Shown: piece by piece, positions 1 through 12,856 of the stretch | Numbering within the stretch: the first letter of the stretch is position 1 | Layout of the letters: every line of letters begins with the position of its first letter | Assembly (NCBI GenBank): GCA_951406725.2 | Contig: OX597834.1 | Location: forward strand, 2,108,001 to 2,172,000 | DNA from: Octopus vulgaris | Taxonomy: Eukaryota | DNA length: 64,000 bases | Direction: 5' to 3' | Translations under genes and position numbers: made by a program | Notes under the pieces: model-generated | What the model was told of the DNA's origin: nothing | What the model saw: only the letters and a program-made list of their open reading frames with translations | The model's database searches: none

Positions 1-163
1 CATTGTAGCATCTGTATTCCATGCTGGCATCAATTGGACATTATATATATATGTATATGTGTGTGTGTGTGTGTGTTTAGTGATGCAAACAGGGAAAACA
101 GAAGTGAAAGCACAAACATGTTTTTTTTATTAAAAGCAAGTTTTATGTGTTGGCATTTACCAG

Positions 164-202
<39 letters not shown>

Positions 203-219
203 CATACGCATATTTTTTT

Positions 220-389
220 ATTCTTTTATTTGTTACAACCATTTGGCTGTGGCCATGCTGGAGCACCGCCTTTAGTCGAACAAATCGGCCCCAGGACTTA
301 TTCTTTGTAAGCCTAGTACTTATTCTAGTTAAGTAGACGTAAACATTGCCATAATCGGTTGTCAAGTGATGGTGGTGGGGGGCAGGCGA

Positions 390-436
<47 letters not shown>

Positions 437-599
437 GATGGGCTTCTTTCAGTTTCCGTCAACCAAATCCACTCACAAGGCTTTGGTCGGCCCGAGGCTA
501 TAGTAGAAGACACTTGCCCAAGGTGCCACGCAGTGGGACTGAACCTGGAACCATGTGGTTGGTAAGCAAGCTACTTACCACACAGCCACTCTTGCACCT
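220..599 (-). mobile_element. tRNA-derived SINE family A, full length
   Basis: Minus strand shows pol III-like A box TGGCTGTGTGGT and B box GGTTCAGTCCC, then CCTTGGGCAAGTGTCTTC, an internal (AC)n and the 3' end GCTCCAGCATGGCCACAG. Near-identical to copies at 13372, 32090, 42836 and 63261. Confidence 0.9.
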
Positions 600-814
600 A
601 TATATATATATAATAATCTTAAATGTGGCCATCCAGCTGGTCGTGTGCTGTTGAAATCATGTTCACTGTCTTCAGTTACCTGATGGCACCAACAGTGGAT
701 AGAAGTGTGCCAGGGTTGTACGTCAAAGGGGGGGATGGGAAAGAGGGGTGGATCTGAATCACGAAGATGGGATTTGATGTCTCTGAAGACAATATTTTCT
801 CATATTCAGCTATT

Positions 815-990
815 TTTGTTGTTTAACCCCAGGTCAGTTGGCATCCACCAAGTTTATGATCCCCATTCCATCCATGACCATCCTGTCTTTTTCTCTTTAT
901 GCATGGAAGCCCGGCACTCCATTATTCACCTTGTCCTTTTCAAAGACATTAAGGTGTCATCCGAGGGAGAGTTGGGTGCTACTTTTAACT
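815..990 (+). mobile_element. Dispersed repeat family E fragment
   Basis: TTTAACCCCAGGTCAG...ATTCCATCCATGACCATCCTGTCTTTT motif, recurring more than 10 times in the window. Confidence 0.6.
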
Positions 991-1235
991 GGTTGAACAA
1001 CCCTGTTGATGCTCGCTTGTCAACTCCTCCCTCTTCTGTTGCTGCTATGACAACTCCAATTACCCTGCATCTACCCACAGCTACTCTGATGTTAACCCAC
1101 CCTCAGCCGTGTGCCCCTCTGCCCACCCGGCAGTGTACAAAATAAACACCGTGTTGGTAGCATGAAAAGAAGCACCCCTTCCATACTGGGAAGTGGTTGG
1201 TGTTAGGAGGGGCCGCTGAAGGAACCCTGCCAAAG

Positions 1236-1460
1236 TGGAGGCACGTGGTTAAGGGGTCTTGCACTCATGATCATAAGATTCTGGTTTTGATTCCTGGACC
1301 CGGTGACGCATCGTGTTCTTGAGCAAAACACTTCATTTCACATTGCTCCAGTCTGCTCAGCTTGCAAAAATGAGTTAATCCTGCGAAGGACTAATGTCCT
1401 ATCCAGGTGGGGGTGTATACACACCACATAAACCGGGAAACCAGCCCCATGAGTCCATAC
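1236..1460 (+). mobile_element. SINE family B (tRNA-like head, CORE-like body), tail variant 2
   Basis: GGAGGCACGTGG head; TTCTTGAGCAAAACACTTCATTTCACATTGCTCCAGTC body; tail shared with 10314-10560. Confidence 0.75.
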
Positions 1461-2689
1461 AACAAAATATTTTGTTTGATGCTCTACTGATTCTATCAAT
1501 TCAGTGTTGCATATTTATAATTATATTGACCAAGTAAATGACTGGTACTCTGTTTTACTGACCTGGGCCGTATTGGATGAAGGTCAACTGCAAACTCAAT
1601 TCAAGCTAAGAGGAGGACATTTTCTCTGGTGCAATACTTATAATGAATTTATTATTATTACATTGTTAGTATCAATAATTAACAACAACAACAACAACAA
1701 TCATAATAATACATAGTCATCTCACGAGATACAAACACTGAATGTTTTTTTTGTTTTCAGAAATGTAAATTGTGGTCCAATGAGAGTGTGACCGGATTAT
1801 ACAAACAGACACACAGACAGACTTGGAACAACTGTTGTTGTTGTTGGTGGTGGTTGTGGTTGTGATGATGGCAGGAATGACTGCGAAAATAATGTTGATG
1901 GTGGTGGTGTCGGTGGGGCAGTGGTGAAATTGGCAGTTGTCGTAGTGCTAATAATTGTGATGATGATGATGATGATGATGACTGCTAATGATGCCAACCA
2001 CAAGACTCAGATGAGGAGAAATCAAACTAGGTTTCTGTAGTGGTGGTGGTGGTGGTGGTGGGGTGGTGATGAAGTGGGGTAGCTAGGTTGTGGAGTGGTG
2101 GTGGTCGTGGCTGGTTGGGAGATTGTGGAGGAGTCACGATGAGTTATGAGGCATTTAATAACTCATTATGATGTCATTACTGCTGCAACAACAACAACAA
2201 CATTCATAATTCCATGTATCATTTATGTTAATTTATGTTAATTTAACAGTTTTAATTATTCTACCACCACCATCATCACTACCCCTACCCCCACACACAC
2301 ACACTACTAATTATGCTGTAGTACTAATAAGTCATTTCTAAAGATAGTTTCTAAGTTTGTCACCAGGTGGCAGTGTGGGGAGATGGGGGTGGGGAGGACA
2401 AGTGTCTTAGCGAACATTTAACTTAAATTGCTGGCCCCCAGTATATCACTGGTACTAAATTCATTGCCTCTTACCCCTGCTAGGGAGTGACTGAAAGGCT
2501 CTTGAAAACATGCCTCTTCCCTCTCTTCAACTCTCCAAAGGGTTTCCACAGATTTTTGAAGGGGGGAAAGGGGCAGTGTTGCTGATCTTATTTTCAGGAT
2601 CTCAGGGATTGATGGATGGAAAGGAAGAACTTCTACAGAGAACACAGTGGACCCTTAAAAAGTACCCAACAATAGGAAAGAAGTCAAGG

Positions 2690-2960
2690 CGCATGGCTCT
2701 CTTGAGCAAGACACTTTATTTCATGCTGTTCCAGTTCACTCAGCTGTAGAAATGAGCTGTGACATCAGTGGTGCCCAGCTACATTGGCCCCTTTGCCTTT
2801 CCCTCGGATAACATCCGTGGCATGGAAGAAGGGACGCTGGTATGCATGGGCAACTGCTGGCCTTCCATAAAACAACTTTGCCCGGACTTGTGCTTTGGAG
2901 GGGAACTTTCTAGGTGCAAATCCCACGTTTGTTATTGACCAGAAAGGGGTCTTTACCCTT
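2690..2960 (+). mobile_element. SINE family B, tail variant 3
   Basis: CTTGAGCAAGACACTTTATTTCATGCTGTTCCAGTTCACTCAGCTG body followed by a distinct tail ending GGGGTCTTTACCCTT. Confidence 0.7.
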
Positions 2961-3040
2961 TAATAGGAAAGAGAACTGGCTGAAGAAAATCTGTCTCAAC
3001 AAATTCTGTTGGAACTGTAAAAGCATAGAAAAGTGGACAC

Positions 3041-3253
3041 TGTTTAGCATTCAGATTACTCTGTCTAATCTAATCCTTATTTATCTTCATTGTTTTGGAT
3101 TAGTCGTGGATTATCTCATAGGTTTGGCATTTTGGTGATGTGATTGTTTGTTTTTATAACGATATTGCAGGGTAGGTGTGAGAGGTTGGATCTGGCCAGT
3201 TTGAACACAAAACAGGGCAAATATTTTGGCTGGTTTAAATGCTAAAATGTTAA
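3041..3253. mobile_element. TTAA-type (piggyBac-like) MITE, family F
   Basis: Ends TTTAGCATT...AATGCTAAA..TTAA; body homologous to 38110-38335 and 60725-60908. Confidence 0.75.
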
Positions 3254-4806
3254 GCGATAAGGATAGCCCTTTTGGCAGGCTTCCATACAGTTTCTGTCGA
3301 CCCGGTTTCACAAGGCTTGGAATGACCTGAGGTTATGACAGAGTAGGGAGCTAGGACAATAACATTGTATTACATGATACAGACTATGTAAGAGGGAGCT
3401 GTGGTAGATCCCTGTTACTAGGGACAGGCACAGTTGTGGGAACAAGCTGTAGAGGCAAAAGGAGTAGAAATATCTTTCTCTGTTGAAGATGACCCATTTT
3501 GTCTCTCATCAGATGAAATATTAATGTCTATATATATATATATATAAACTAGTGAATGTATAAACAAGTAAATTATATATATACAAGTATATATGTGTGC
3601 ATGAATGTGTGTGTATAGACCCATGGAAGGAAGGAACACGCATTTAAAAAGAGCAGATTGTTGTGGGTGAAGCCAAACTGATGCTAAGTGGTTGAGGAAG
3701 GAAACAGGTTTACTATCAGTTGAATACACATTACATTCTCTCTCTCTCTCTCTCTCTCTCTCCCCTCTATCTTTCTCCTCTCTTTCCCCTCTCTCCTTTT
3801 CTCTCTTCTTTCCCCCCTCTCTCCTTTTCTCTCCTCTCACTCTGTATATATAAATATATATGTATGTATGTATATCTGTTTGTGTGTTTTGTCTTTGGAT
3901 GAGCTTTAGCTAGGGTTGGAACTTGAGATCCTGTTATTCAAATTAACCACAACACCACTTGCTTCTTCATTCAAATATCCCCTCACATCTTCTTATAAAG
4001 AAAAGGGCCATGTTACATCGTGTCATCTGGGATGTGCTTGCCTAACAAAGAGAGAGAGAGGCAAGTCTGTCATTGCTGGAGTGGCTTTATTTAATCTGAG
4101 GAACTTAGTGGGGATTAGTGATGATAGCAAGAATAATTGGTCCATGGAAGAATTTGTAGAAGTTTGGTTGTTGAGACAGAGGAAGCGAATTCTGGCATTA
4201 TGCTTGTTTCATTTGTTGACCCGTAATCATAATGACCCTATTTACTCAGTCCTTTTCTGATGAAGGACAGGGGTCTGGGCTGTTGAATTCTTCAGTCTTC
4301 ATGCCAATTGTAGTTGTTAGACTCTTCTGAGGACTCTCCATCGATCGTAGAACTCTCCTATCCTGTTAGACATTGGTCTAAACAACATCAAATTCTTCAC
4401 TTAGACAGAGCTTTTCTTGGTTTTGTCACATTCAGTTCCTCAATAACCAGAACAACAGCTAAATAACCATAACCCACCTTCTGTATCCATTCCTCTGTGC
4501 CAATATCATTATGTCATGAAACTGATTCAGAATAAATCTTTAATCAGAAAACATTGGTTTCTGTCATTAAATTGTGGTAAGGGATAACGATCCCAAAGTG
4601 TTCATCCTGGGTCTGTTACTGAGGGTTACTTAACCACCAAAGACTGTAAATTTTTCTCATAATTCTGTTCTTGCAGTGGTTATTATTTATTTTCAAATCT
4701 GATAAAAGACTCTCTAAATCCCAGATTAAGCCAGGTTCTAGTTGTATTATAATAGCCTTAAAATTTGAATGTTTATTTCTGAGTAATATTTATAGTAGTG
4801 ACAGGT

Positions 4807-5022
4807 TTAACCCTTTTGATACCAACCCACCTGAAACTGCTTCTGGCTCTGTTGTATAAATATCTTGCTTTGAAAATTTTCACCAAACCTAAATCACAAT
4901 TTATGTTCCTAACACTAGCTTAATGATAATAAAGTTATTTTCCTAAATCCTTTTGTTATATTTAAAACTAATTGAAAGAAACACAAAGCATTTCACCAGA
5001 AATAGGATAACGAAAGGGTTAA
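4807..5022. mobile_element. TTAA-type (piggyBac-like) MITE, family G
   Basis: TTAA-CCCTTTTGATACC ... GGATAACGAAAGGG-TTAA: imperfect TIRs starting CCC with TTAA on both sides. Confidence 0.8.
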
Positions 5023-5084
5023 AACAGTGGCTCACCCTGTGAGAACAGCTACCATATGTCTCTGGTGTACACACACACGGGCAC

Positions 5085-5190
5085 AGCTTTGGTCAGCCTA
5101 GGGCTACAATAGAAGACACTTGCCCAAGATACCACACAGTGAGATTGAACCCGGAACCATGTGGTTGCGAAGCAAACTTCTTACCACACT
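5085..5190 (-). mobile_element. SINE family A, 5' fragment
   Basis: GAAGACACTTGCCCAAG...GAACCATGTGGTTG...CTTACCACAC matches the family A head. Confidence 0.8.
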
Positions 5191-6044
5191 TATATAAATG
5201 TGTGTGTGTGTGTGTGTGTATTGATCATCATGTTATGTCTGTCTTTCCTTGCTGGGTCCCACAGCACACAAGGGTCCAATGTAGTGATATCCATTTGGTT
5301 AAACAAATGGGAGAAGTAGTACTCAATACATCTGCTAATTGATTTATTCAAAGCTGTTGGTCCTCTTTATAGAAAACGTAGAAAAAAAAGAAAAAGAAAA
5401 TAAATAGAACAGTGAATGACTGTCGGAAATTGAACCTGTGACTTTTGGATGTGTCTGGTTTGTATTTATCTACCAGAACTGTGGGGGTGGGGTAGGTGGG
5501 GGGGGATCTGCTCCATTTCACTGTCTAAAATAATCTGTTTCCTTAATGCCATATTTGTCAAAGTTATATATAATTGTTTCCTACCACCACCACCACCTTC
5601 ACCACCATCCCCTATGCTGCCACCACCAGTACTACTACCACCACCACTACCCATACCACCACCACCTCTTATAATTATTCCTCTGTTAACTTCAAAATGG
5701 TTTTATTTGTTTATTTGTTGTATGAGGTATATTTAATTACTCGTGCCGTTTTCTTCGTTAAGGTGTCTGGGAACTACTTCCACCTGGAAGGAAGTTGAAG
5801 ACATTCTTGTTTACCTACATACCCTCTCCCCACCTCCTCCTCCCCTGTGCTGTCTCCTCCTCCTCCTTTTCTGTTATTCACTGTAGCTTTATCGTCCCAT
5901 AACGACCAATTCCATTCACAAGAATGTTTGGTCTTCAAATAATCTTTATTTACTGTATTAAACACAACAGTTCTTTCAATAGCTAATCAAATAATCAGCT
6001 TAATTGGCATGATTAATTAGTAAATTTGTACATTCTTATAAAAG

Positions 6045-6390
6045 GTGTTAAATTGACAGAATTGTTAGAGCGCCTAACCTTAAATACCTAGTGGTGTTTA
6101 AGTCTGAGTTCAAATCTGGTCCTGATCCTCTGTGCCTTTTATTCTTGAATTGGGAAAATAAACTGCCAATGTCGGATGAGGTGATTTTAAGGGGACAAAC
6201 TTCCTTGTTCATTTGAGCCCAATGTTCTGAGTTCAAACCTTGCTGATGTCATCTTTACTTTTTCAGGACGGTGGTTTGGTAGAATTATTCCGTGTTGGAA
6301 CAAAATACTCTGTGACATTTGTTTCCAGCTCTTTAAGTGCTTGGTTCAAGTCCAGACAAAGTTGATTTTTGCTTTTCACCTTTCCCAGAT
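6045..6390 (+). mobile_element. Cluster of degenerate SINE family C fragments
   Basis: Three GACAGAATTGTTAG / TCTGAGTTCAAA-like segments in succession. Confidence 0.6.
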
Positions 6391-7614
6391 CAGTGGATTG
6401 GTGAAGGTGTAAGAACATGGAATCTAATACCTTGTAGTGTTTTTCTGGTTCTTAGCATTCAGAGATCCCAGACAGGTGTAGGGAACTTAATAAGTATCGC
6501 ACCAAGATGGCTGTATTTTGTGAAGAAGAATGACAGCAGGTGACCCTCTTTGAGTTGTCTCCCCATGAAAATTTGTCAGATGAGGATAAAATGTTTTGAA
6601 GTCAATGAGGTCACCAGAGGTTACCAGGGGTCGTTTGTTGACCTGAGGGTGTTAGGGATAGCTGGAAGGACATGTTTGTAAGTTTTGTTTCCGTAAACGA
6701 CAAACCAGGAACCAAATTTTTTGACAGAAAAGACGAGGCCATCTGTTGAGATTTGTGGAGTGGATTTTGTGTTGTCACCGAATAATTTCTGGCCAGGTCG
6801 GGGTAGTGGTGGTGGTGGTGGTGGTATAAGGGTGGGTGGAAGTGGGGCAGGGATTTAAAAGTCAAAATCAGGTTCTGATTGAGCCTGGCAACCATGCGAT
6901 TGTGGATGGACTTTGTAACTAAACACACACACACACATATTTATATATGTAGATTTTGTTGATTTTGATACTCACCTTATTCTTTTGATGTGTGTGTGTG
7001 TGTATTCTATATACATAAAACTATTTCAACACTCCCACAAGCATACACATGCATCTCTTCTGACACACACACACACATCAATGTACACACCTGCATACAT
7101 ATATATACTTCCCTGTACACACACATCCATTTCAGCATGCAGACTTACTTACATATATATATATCAATGCTTACACCTACACACGTGTATCTTCTTCTGC
7201 ACACACACACACTCACACACACACACACACACACACACTGTACTAGTTTCCCTGAGGAAGGAATGTCTATATTTCCATTGAATGTGAAATTTTTATGAAG
7301 TAACAATTGCAAACTTCACTTCATTTCAATGAATTGTCATAAAATATCTCGACAATGGCTTCTCTCTTCCTTCTCTCTCCAAATATAATGAAAAGTATGT
7401 GTGAAAGCCTCCACACCAGGAGTAATAGTAGCCGAGGGGTAGTAGTCCACTTGATCTTCTCTCTGTCTGTTCGTCCCTGGTCTCTCATTTATTGTCACAA
7501 CAGGGAGTTCAGCTTACACTTATCTAACCTTTAATGACCACTATCTTTTATTATGCTCACACACACACACATGCATAAGTATATGTGTGTGAGTGTGTGT
7601 ATGTGTGTGTGAAT

Positions 7615-7778
7615 AGGTGTAGGCATGGCTGTGTGGTTAAGAAGTTTGCTTTGCAACCCCATGGTCTTGAGTTCAGTCTCAGTATGTGGTTCCTTTGACA
7701 AGTACTTCTAATATAACCTTGGGCTGACCAATGAAATTTGAATAAATTTGGTAGATGGAAACTATGTGGAAGCCTATT
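7615..7778 (+). mobile_element. SINE family A, 5' half
   Basis: GGCTGTGTGGTTAAGAAGTTTGC...TTTGGTAGATGGAAACT, flanked by (TG)n. Confidence 0.8.
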
Positions 7779-7855
7779 ATGTGTATGTGTGTGTGCATGT
7801 GTGTGTATGTGTGTGTGTGTGTGTGTATGTATATATATATATATATACATACATA

Positions 7856-8062
7856 CAGAGTGATTGAAAAGTAACTCCCTGTTTTAAAATACTTATAAAT
7901 TATTAATTGTAATTTTTTCTCTAGTTTTTTGTTTGTTTTTTTGAAGTATAAATAAAATCTCGTACTAAAAGCCTTCCTCTCATCTATTTTTTTGTAAAAA
8001 TTGCAATTAATAAATAATTTTGTAAGTATTTTAAAATACAGAGTTACTTTTCAATCACCCTG
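7856..8062. mobile_element. Tc1/mariner-type MITE
   Basis: TA-CAGAGTGATTGAAAAGTAACTC..TTTTAAAATACTTA and its inverse TAAGTATTTTAAAA..GAGTTACTTTTCAATCACCCTG; ~60-bp inverted ends. Confidence 0.8.
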
Positions 8063-8818
8063 CGTATATATATTCCACTGATACCCTTTTTTTTTTCTCT
8101 TAATCGCACTGTATATTACACCCCAGTATTTAAAGAATGGTCATCTGGTCATCTGGGAAATGTCCAGTGTCTTGTACAGCCTTACTTTCAGCCCCTTTTC
8201 AGATCAGCTCCTTGGTCCCAATCATTGGTTGTGTGGGAAGCCTGGTCTCTCTAGCTGACCATCCCACACTGCAGAATAGTTTCTAGCTGAGCCAGTATTC
8301 ACCACCACCACCACCACCACCAAGTAGAGTGTTGAATCCCCCCCCCCCGACATCACCACCACCACCACTTGGGTTATGTGGTATTCCCACATTCCAGCCA
8401 TAACGCATAATCAAACTCTCTTTCTCCCTTTTTATACACACGCACAAACAAACACACACAGATATAGCCTCTCACGTATACACCAGACATCCATACACGT
8501 GTACAAACTCACTCACACAAAGTTATACGCTCATACAGACCTACACATACACACTCACATGTACAATCTTACACTCCCATTCACGCGCACACACACAGAG
8601 TCATATCTCCATATTCACACACTCAGACCTATCCCTTAACTCTCATTCATAACCCATTCGACACACTTAGTAATGTCTATGATCACAGATAAACTGCTTT
8701 GCTATTCTGTGAAAATGCCACATGTTACACCAGTTGTTGTAATTATTATTATCATTATTATTAAAAACGTTCTTTATCTGATACACTGATGACCTCTTGT
8801 CTTTCTCACAAGATGGTG

Positions 8819-8980
8819 TGTTCCATTGTCACAGAAAGGGGACTCCACATGAAATCCCCATTCTCAGAAGTTGGACTGTTCCACTATCATGAAAAGAGGA
8901 CTCCACATGAAGTTTCCATTCCCAGAGATTGGATTGTTTTACTGTCACAAAAAGGGGACACCACATCAGATCCCCATTTC
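8819..8980. repeat. ~58-bp minisatellite, ~2.7 copies
   Basis: TTCCATTGTCACAGAAAGGGGACTCCACATGAAATCCCCATT unit repeated with divergence. Confidence 0.8.
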
Positions 8981-9768
8981 TATTTAGCACCCTGATTTAG
9001 GCTACCCCGCATCCAACGTAATCAAGACACACAGTGCCTTTTGCCCCAACACGGACCCTTGAGTTCTTTGACAAAGTCCCAGCTGGTCTCATCTTCATAT
9101 CTTACAGTCACAGCAACAATCTCATTGTGGTTCCTGTCACAGATTTATTCTTCAATCCTGCTAAAATGCCATTTTTCCTCATTTATCTTTCCATCATTAT
9201 TTAGGATTATTTACTGAAAGTAGGTTGTAATCTGGTCTTGGGTGCGTCCATGCATATGCCACATGTGGAGGTGTGTTTTACTTGTGTTAACATATGTAGA
9301 GTGTGCCACATGTATTATGTCACATTTGTGCTGTGTGCCACATAAGATGTCGGTCACTCTGTGTCCTGTCATTGTCTGTTGGCTAAAAAAAAAAAATGAT
9401 GAGATGAAGGTGCTGATGATGACGATGATGATGATGTTGGTTGAAGAAGCCAATAGGTGAAAGTCAAATTTTACAGTACACATACACACACATGCTCGTA
9501 CACACACACACACACACACACATATGCACATACACATGCACACAAAACTAATTTAATGGTAAGCTGTTTTGTTTAAAAAGAAAAAAAAGGAAGACGAGTC
9601 AACATCTTCTGCAGGAGACAACTCCTGATATGTTATCATTTTATGCTGACCTCATTAGCCAAGTATAGAGAAGCAGTGATGTGTAAATCAATAAATGAAT
9701 GGATATATTCATATATGCATTCATGGATATATATATATAAAGTTCATTCATACCTATAATTGTGTGTG

Positions 9769-9810
<42 letters not shown>

Positions 9811-10313
9811 GAGAAAAACGGAGACGATTCGGGTGGTTATTGACAAGAAAACCGTAGACACATATATGTCTTCTGTCTTCTTGTTGCTAAGCATCGAATT
9901 GTCTGTTTTCTCTTAATTTACTGTATTTTTTTGTTGTTTTGATCCAGTTTTTGTCTTTTATTGCTGACTGCAAGGACACAAGTTCAAAAGGAACCCATTC
10001 TTTAGGGAATCATTGCTTTCCCATTGTCCACGAATATCATCCCTTCTTCACCCCCACATCCAGTTGTAACAAAGCTAGTTTGGTGTGAACTCTCTTCAGG
10101 TTTGTATGGGAACCATCTCAAAGTTCATGTGAACTTTTTTTTCTTCGACCATTGTTTGATGCTGAACTTGTCCAGAAATATGTTGTCGTTGATGTTGTTG
10201 TTGATGTTGTTGTTAGAGACTAAGCGTGACTAATGACCTTGGGACACCATCTGCTAGAAAAGCAACAGTCAAGTCAATGCTTTTTTTTTTTTTTACTTTT
10301 CTTTTGTTTCAAG

Positions 10314-10560
10314 TGGAGGCATGTGACTTATTGGTTTGGGTATAGTGCTCAGGATTGCAGTTTCAATCCCTGAACTAGAATGGTTTTGTTGTGTTCTTGA
10401 GCAAAACACTTCATTTGCCATTGTTTAAGTCCACTTAACTGCGAATGAGTAATTTTGCAATGGACTGGCATCCCGTTCAGGGGGAATGATGCGGTGTCGG
10501 TCATTTGCATGCCCTGGAAACTGGGGAACCAGCTCTTATGAGTCCTACAACTTGAGACAC
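10314..10560 (+). mobile_element. SINE family B, tail variant 2
   Basis: GGAGGCATGTGACTTA head, TTCTTGAGCAAAACACTTCATTT body, GGACTGGCATCCCGTTCAGGGGGAAT tail. Confidence 0.75.
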
Positions 10561-10769
10561 TGATGCCCAGGGGACTTATTTTTTACTACTAGGTTTTGGG
10601 GAAGGTGCAGTGCCCATGACCTTCATGGCCCCTCCCCTCCAAAGTGGTGACGTTGATAATGTTTCCACTTAAAATATTGTGAGTTGCAGGACAGACATGT
10701 AGAGGGGGGGGGGGGAGAATTTGAGGGGACCAAGATACTGGTGGGAGGGGAAAAGACTGGTTGCAGGGG

Positions 10770-11110
10770 TTATTGTGAGGTCTAGGCATGAAAAGAAGGG
10801 GAGAAGTGAATGAGTCACAAGTGCCTGAGTGGGTATGACACGGGGTCAGTCGTTTCTGAGGGGCATAGGCCTTTGTAGTAGTGGTAGAAAAGGCAGAGAG
10901 ATGTAACACAGCATGTCTGTGAATGCCTTAATGCCAGTCAGTCTTATTCTACTTGGGATTCAAGGTATGTCTCCAGGAGCAGCATCATCTTCCCAGATGT
11001 GTGAGTAGGACCCTGTTACGTGCGTGTGAGGCTCACTTAAGCTTTATGGCGAATCAGCTATTGTTGGGATGAGTGGAGCATCATCTGGGCCTGAGGAGAC
11101 TGGCCAGTGT
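10770..11110 (-). pseudogene. Fossil CR1/Jockey-group LINE ORF2 C-terminal fragment
   Basis: Minus-strand translation with frameshifts gives YSHIWEDDAA...IRLTGIKAF/HRHAV..SLCLFYHYYKGLCPSE, resembling the EYCSHIW...HRR.V.SL.LFYRYY.G.C.SE pattern of this LINE group. Confidence 0.7.
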
Positions 11111-11229
11111 CTGTGATGTGGTTCTGTCTGTTTCAAGAATGTGGGATTGTCAAGGGAAATCCTCACACTTACTAACGGGGGAAAGGAATTTAATTAATTA
11201 ATGATAGTGATGGAGTAACGAAGACAATA

Positions 11230-11465
11230 TTAGGGCTGTGAGCTGACAGAATCGTTAACATGCCGAGTGAAATGCTTCGCGGTATTTCGTTTGGTGTTAC
11301 ATTCTGAGTTTAAACTCCGCCAAGGTCAATTTTGTCATTCATCTTTTTGGGGTCAATTAAATAAGTGCCAGTTACACAATGGGGTTGATGTCAACAACTG
11401 AAACCCTTTGTCCTTGTTTGTCCCCTCTATGTTTAGCCCCCTGTGGGGAATAAAGAAATAAATAT
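11230..11465 (+). mobile_element. SINE family C, full length
   Basis: GTGAGCTGACAGAATCGTTA..TTCTGAGTTTAAACTCCGCCAAGGTCAA..TTCATC..GGGGTCAATTAAATAAGTGCCAG. The central block resembles the Sauria/MetaSINE domain. Confidence 0.85.
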
Positions 11466-11496
11466 TAGTTTAATGAATAATATTGATTTAAATGTT

Positions 11497-11730
11497 AGGG
11501 CAGTGAGCTGTCGGACTCATTAGCTACCAGACTCGTTAGCACACTGGGTAAAATCCTTAATTGCATTTCATCTGCCTTTTTGTTCTGAGTTCAAATTCCA
11601 CAGAGGTTGAGTTTACCTTTCATCCTTTTGGGGTCAATGAAATAAGTACCAGTTGAGCACTGGGGTTGATGTAATTGATTTACCCCCTCCCCCAAAATTG
11701 CTGGCCTTGTGTCAAAATTTGAAACCAGTA
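11497..11730 (+). mobile_element. SINE family C, second tandem copy with different tail
   Basis: Same head and body as 11230; tail CCCCTCCCCCAAAATTGCTGGCCTTGTG. Confidence 0.85.
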
Positions 11731-12169
11731 TTAATTTAATTGTTGAGCCTCGTTAGTACCAAGGTGGGTGATTGCTTGAGAAACTTAAGTGCTGAAAACC
11801 TGACCTTTTGTTCTTAGGTGGTCAACTGCATCCAGTGTCCAGTTTAAAACCACCAGTTAGTTCCTGGGTATCTTCAATAGGGTCTACCCTGTTGTACCCT
11901 AGTTTATTACTACCACCTGGTCCTTGGTTACTTTTAGTAGAGTCTACCCTGTTAAACTAGGTCCCTGGTTTGAGGAGTCTTCTTCCCTTCCTTCTTCCTT
12001 GTCCCCACTGTCTTTGAGGCCCTTTAAAAAGTCATGGGCTTTTCCTTCCCGCCTGATAAAAGGATAAAAATAATCTGATTCAGGCAAATATGAGAGACAA
12101 CTCAGGATATATTTCAGTCTTATGAAATCTCTTTAGCTTCAAATACTCGCATTCTACAATGTTTGAATA

Positions 12170-12605
12170 TTTCATGGAGCAACAAACAAGGTAGTCTCTA
12201 CATGGCTTTCTTGTTCTGCTAGAAATAGGAACCAATCAAACCTTCCTCAAATTATGCTCTATCATTGTAAAAACAGAACGTGTTGTGTAACCCCAGATCA
12301 ACCATGATCCAGCAGACCTATGATCAAAAGACATTCCAGCCATGACCATTCAGTCTTGTATCTAGAACTATGTTATCCTTCCTTTTTATTGTTCAGCTCC
12401 TAATTCAGCAAAGAAATTTATGATCAAGGTTGTTCCAGATATGACCATCTCATCATTTACCCAGATATAATATACTAATGTATGCTTTCTTGTTACTGTT
12501 TAGCCCCAGGTTAGCCCTGTTCCCTATAAGAGGACGTTCCAGTCATGACCATCCCATCTTTTATTCAGGCGTAGTGTATCTAAGACTCTATTATCAAGTG
12601 TGCTG
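12170..12605. mobile_element. Cluster of family E copies
   Basis: Three (C)CTATGATCAA..TTCCAG.CATGACCAT units plus an inverted CTGCTAGAAATAG segment. Confidence 0.7.
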
Positions 12606-12780
12606 TTTCATTGTGTTATTAAACAAACAAGCCTGTCCTTATTGCCCTTTATCAATGCTGAAACACTAACAATAATAATTGCATGCTACTAATTAAGTAC
12701 TATTTAATGAGCTAATAATTACGTCAGACTTCATTGGGAAAGGGTTTGAAATTTTAACCATATATTTATTCTGTGGCATT

Positions 12781-12856
12781 TATCGTCATCATCGTCATCA
12801 TCATCATCATCATCATCGTCATCATCATCGTCATCATCATCATCATCATCATCTTC
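12781..12856. repeat. (CAT/CGT)n microsatellite
   Basis: Read directly from the sequence. Confidence 0.95.

Noticed and set aside
520-599. tRNA-like A/B boxes
   Set aside because: These are SINE heads and do not form a cloverleaf; no tRNA gene is called.
7250-7300. CTGAGGA-AGGAA...TTCC hammerhead-like start
   Set aside because: No GAAA-helix III-NUH in register; too degenerate to claim.
8819-8980. Regularly spaced repeats (also 44050-44330 and 11850-11970) as a possible CRISPR-like array
   Set aside because: Eukaryotic context, whole units are homologous with no unique spacers, and there are no cas genes.
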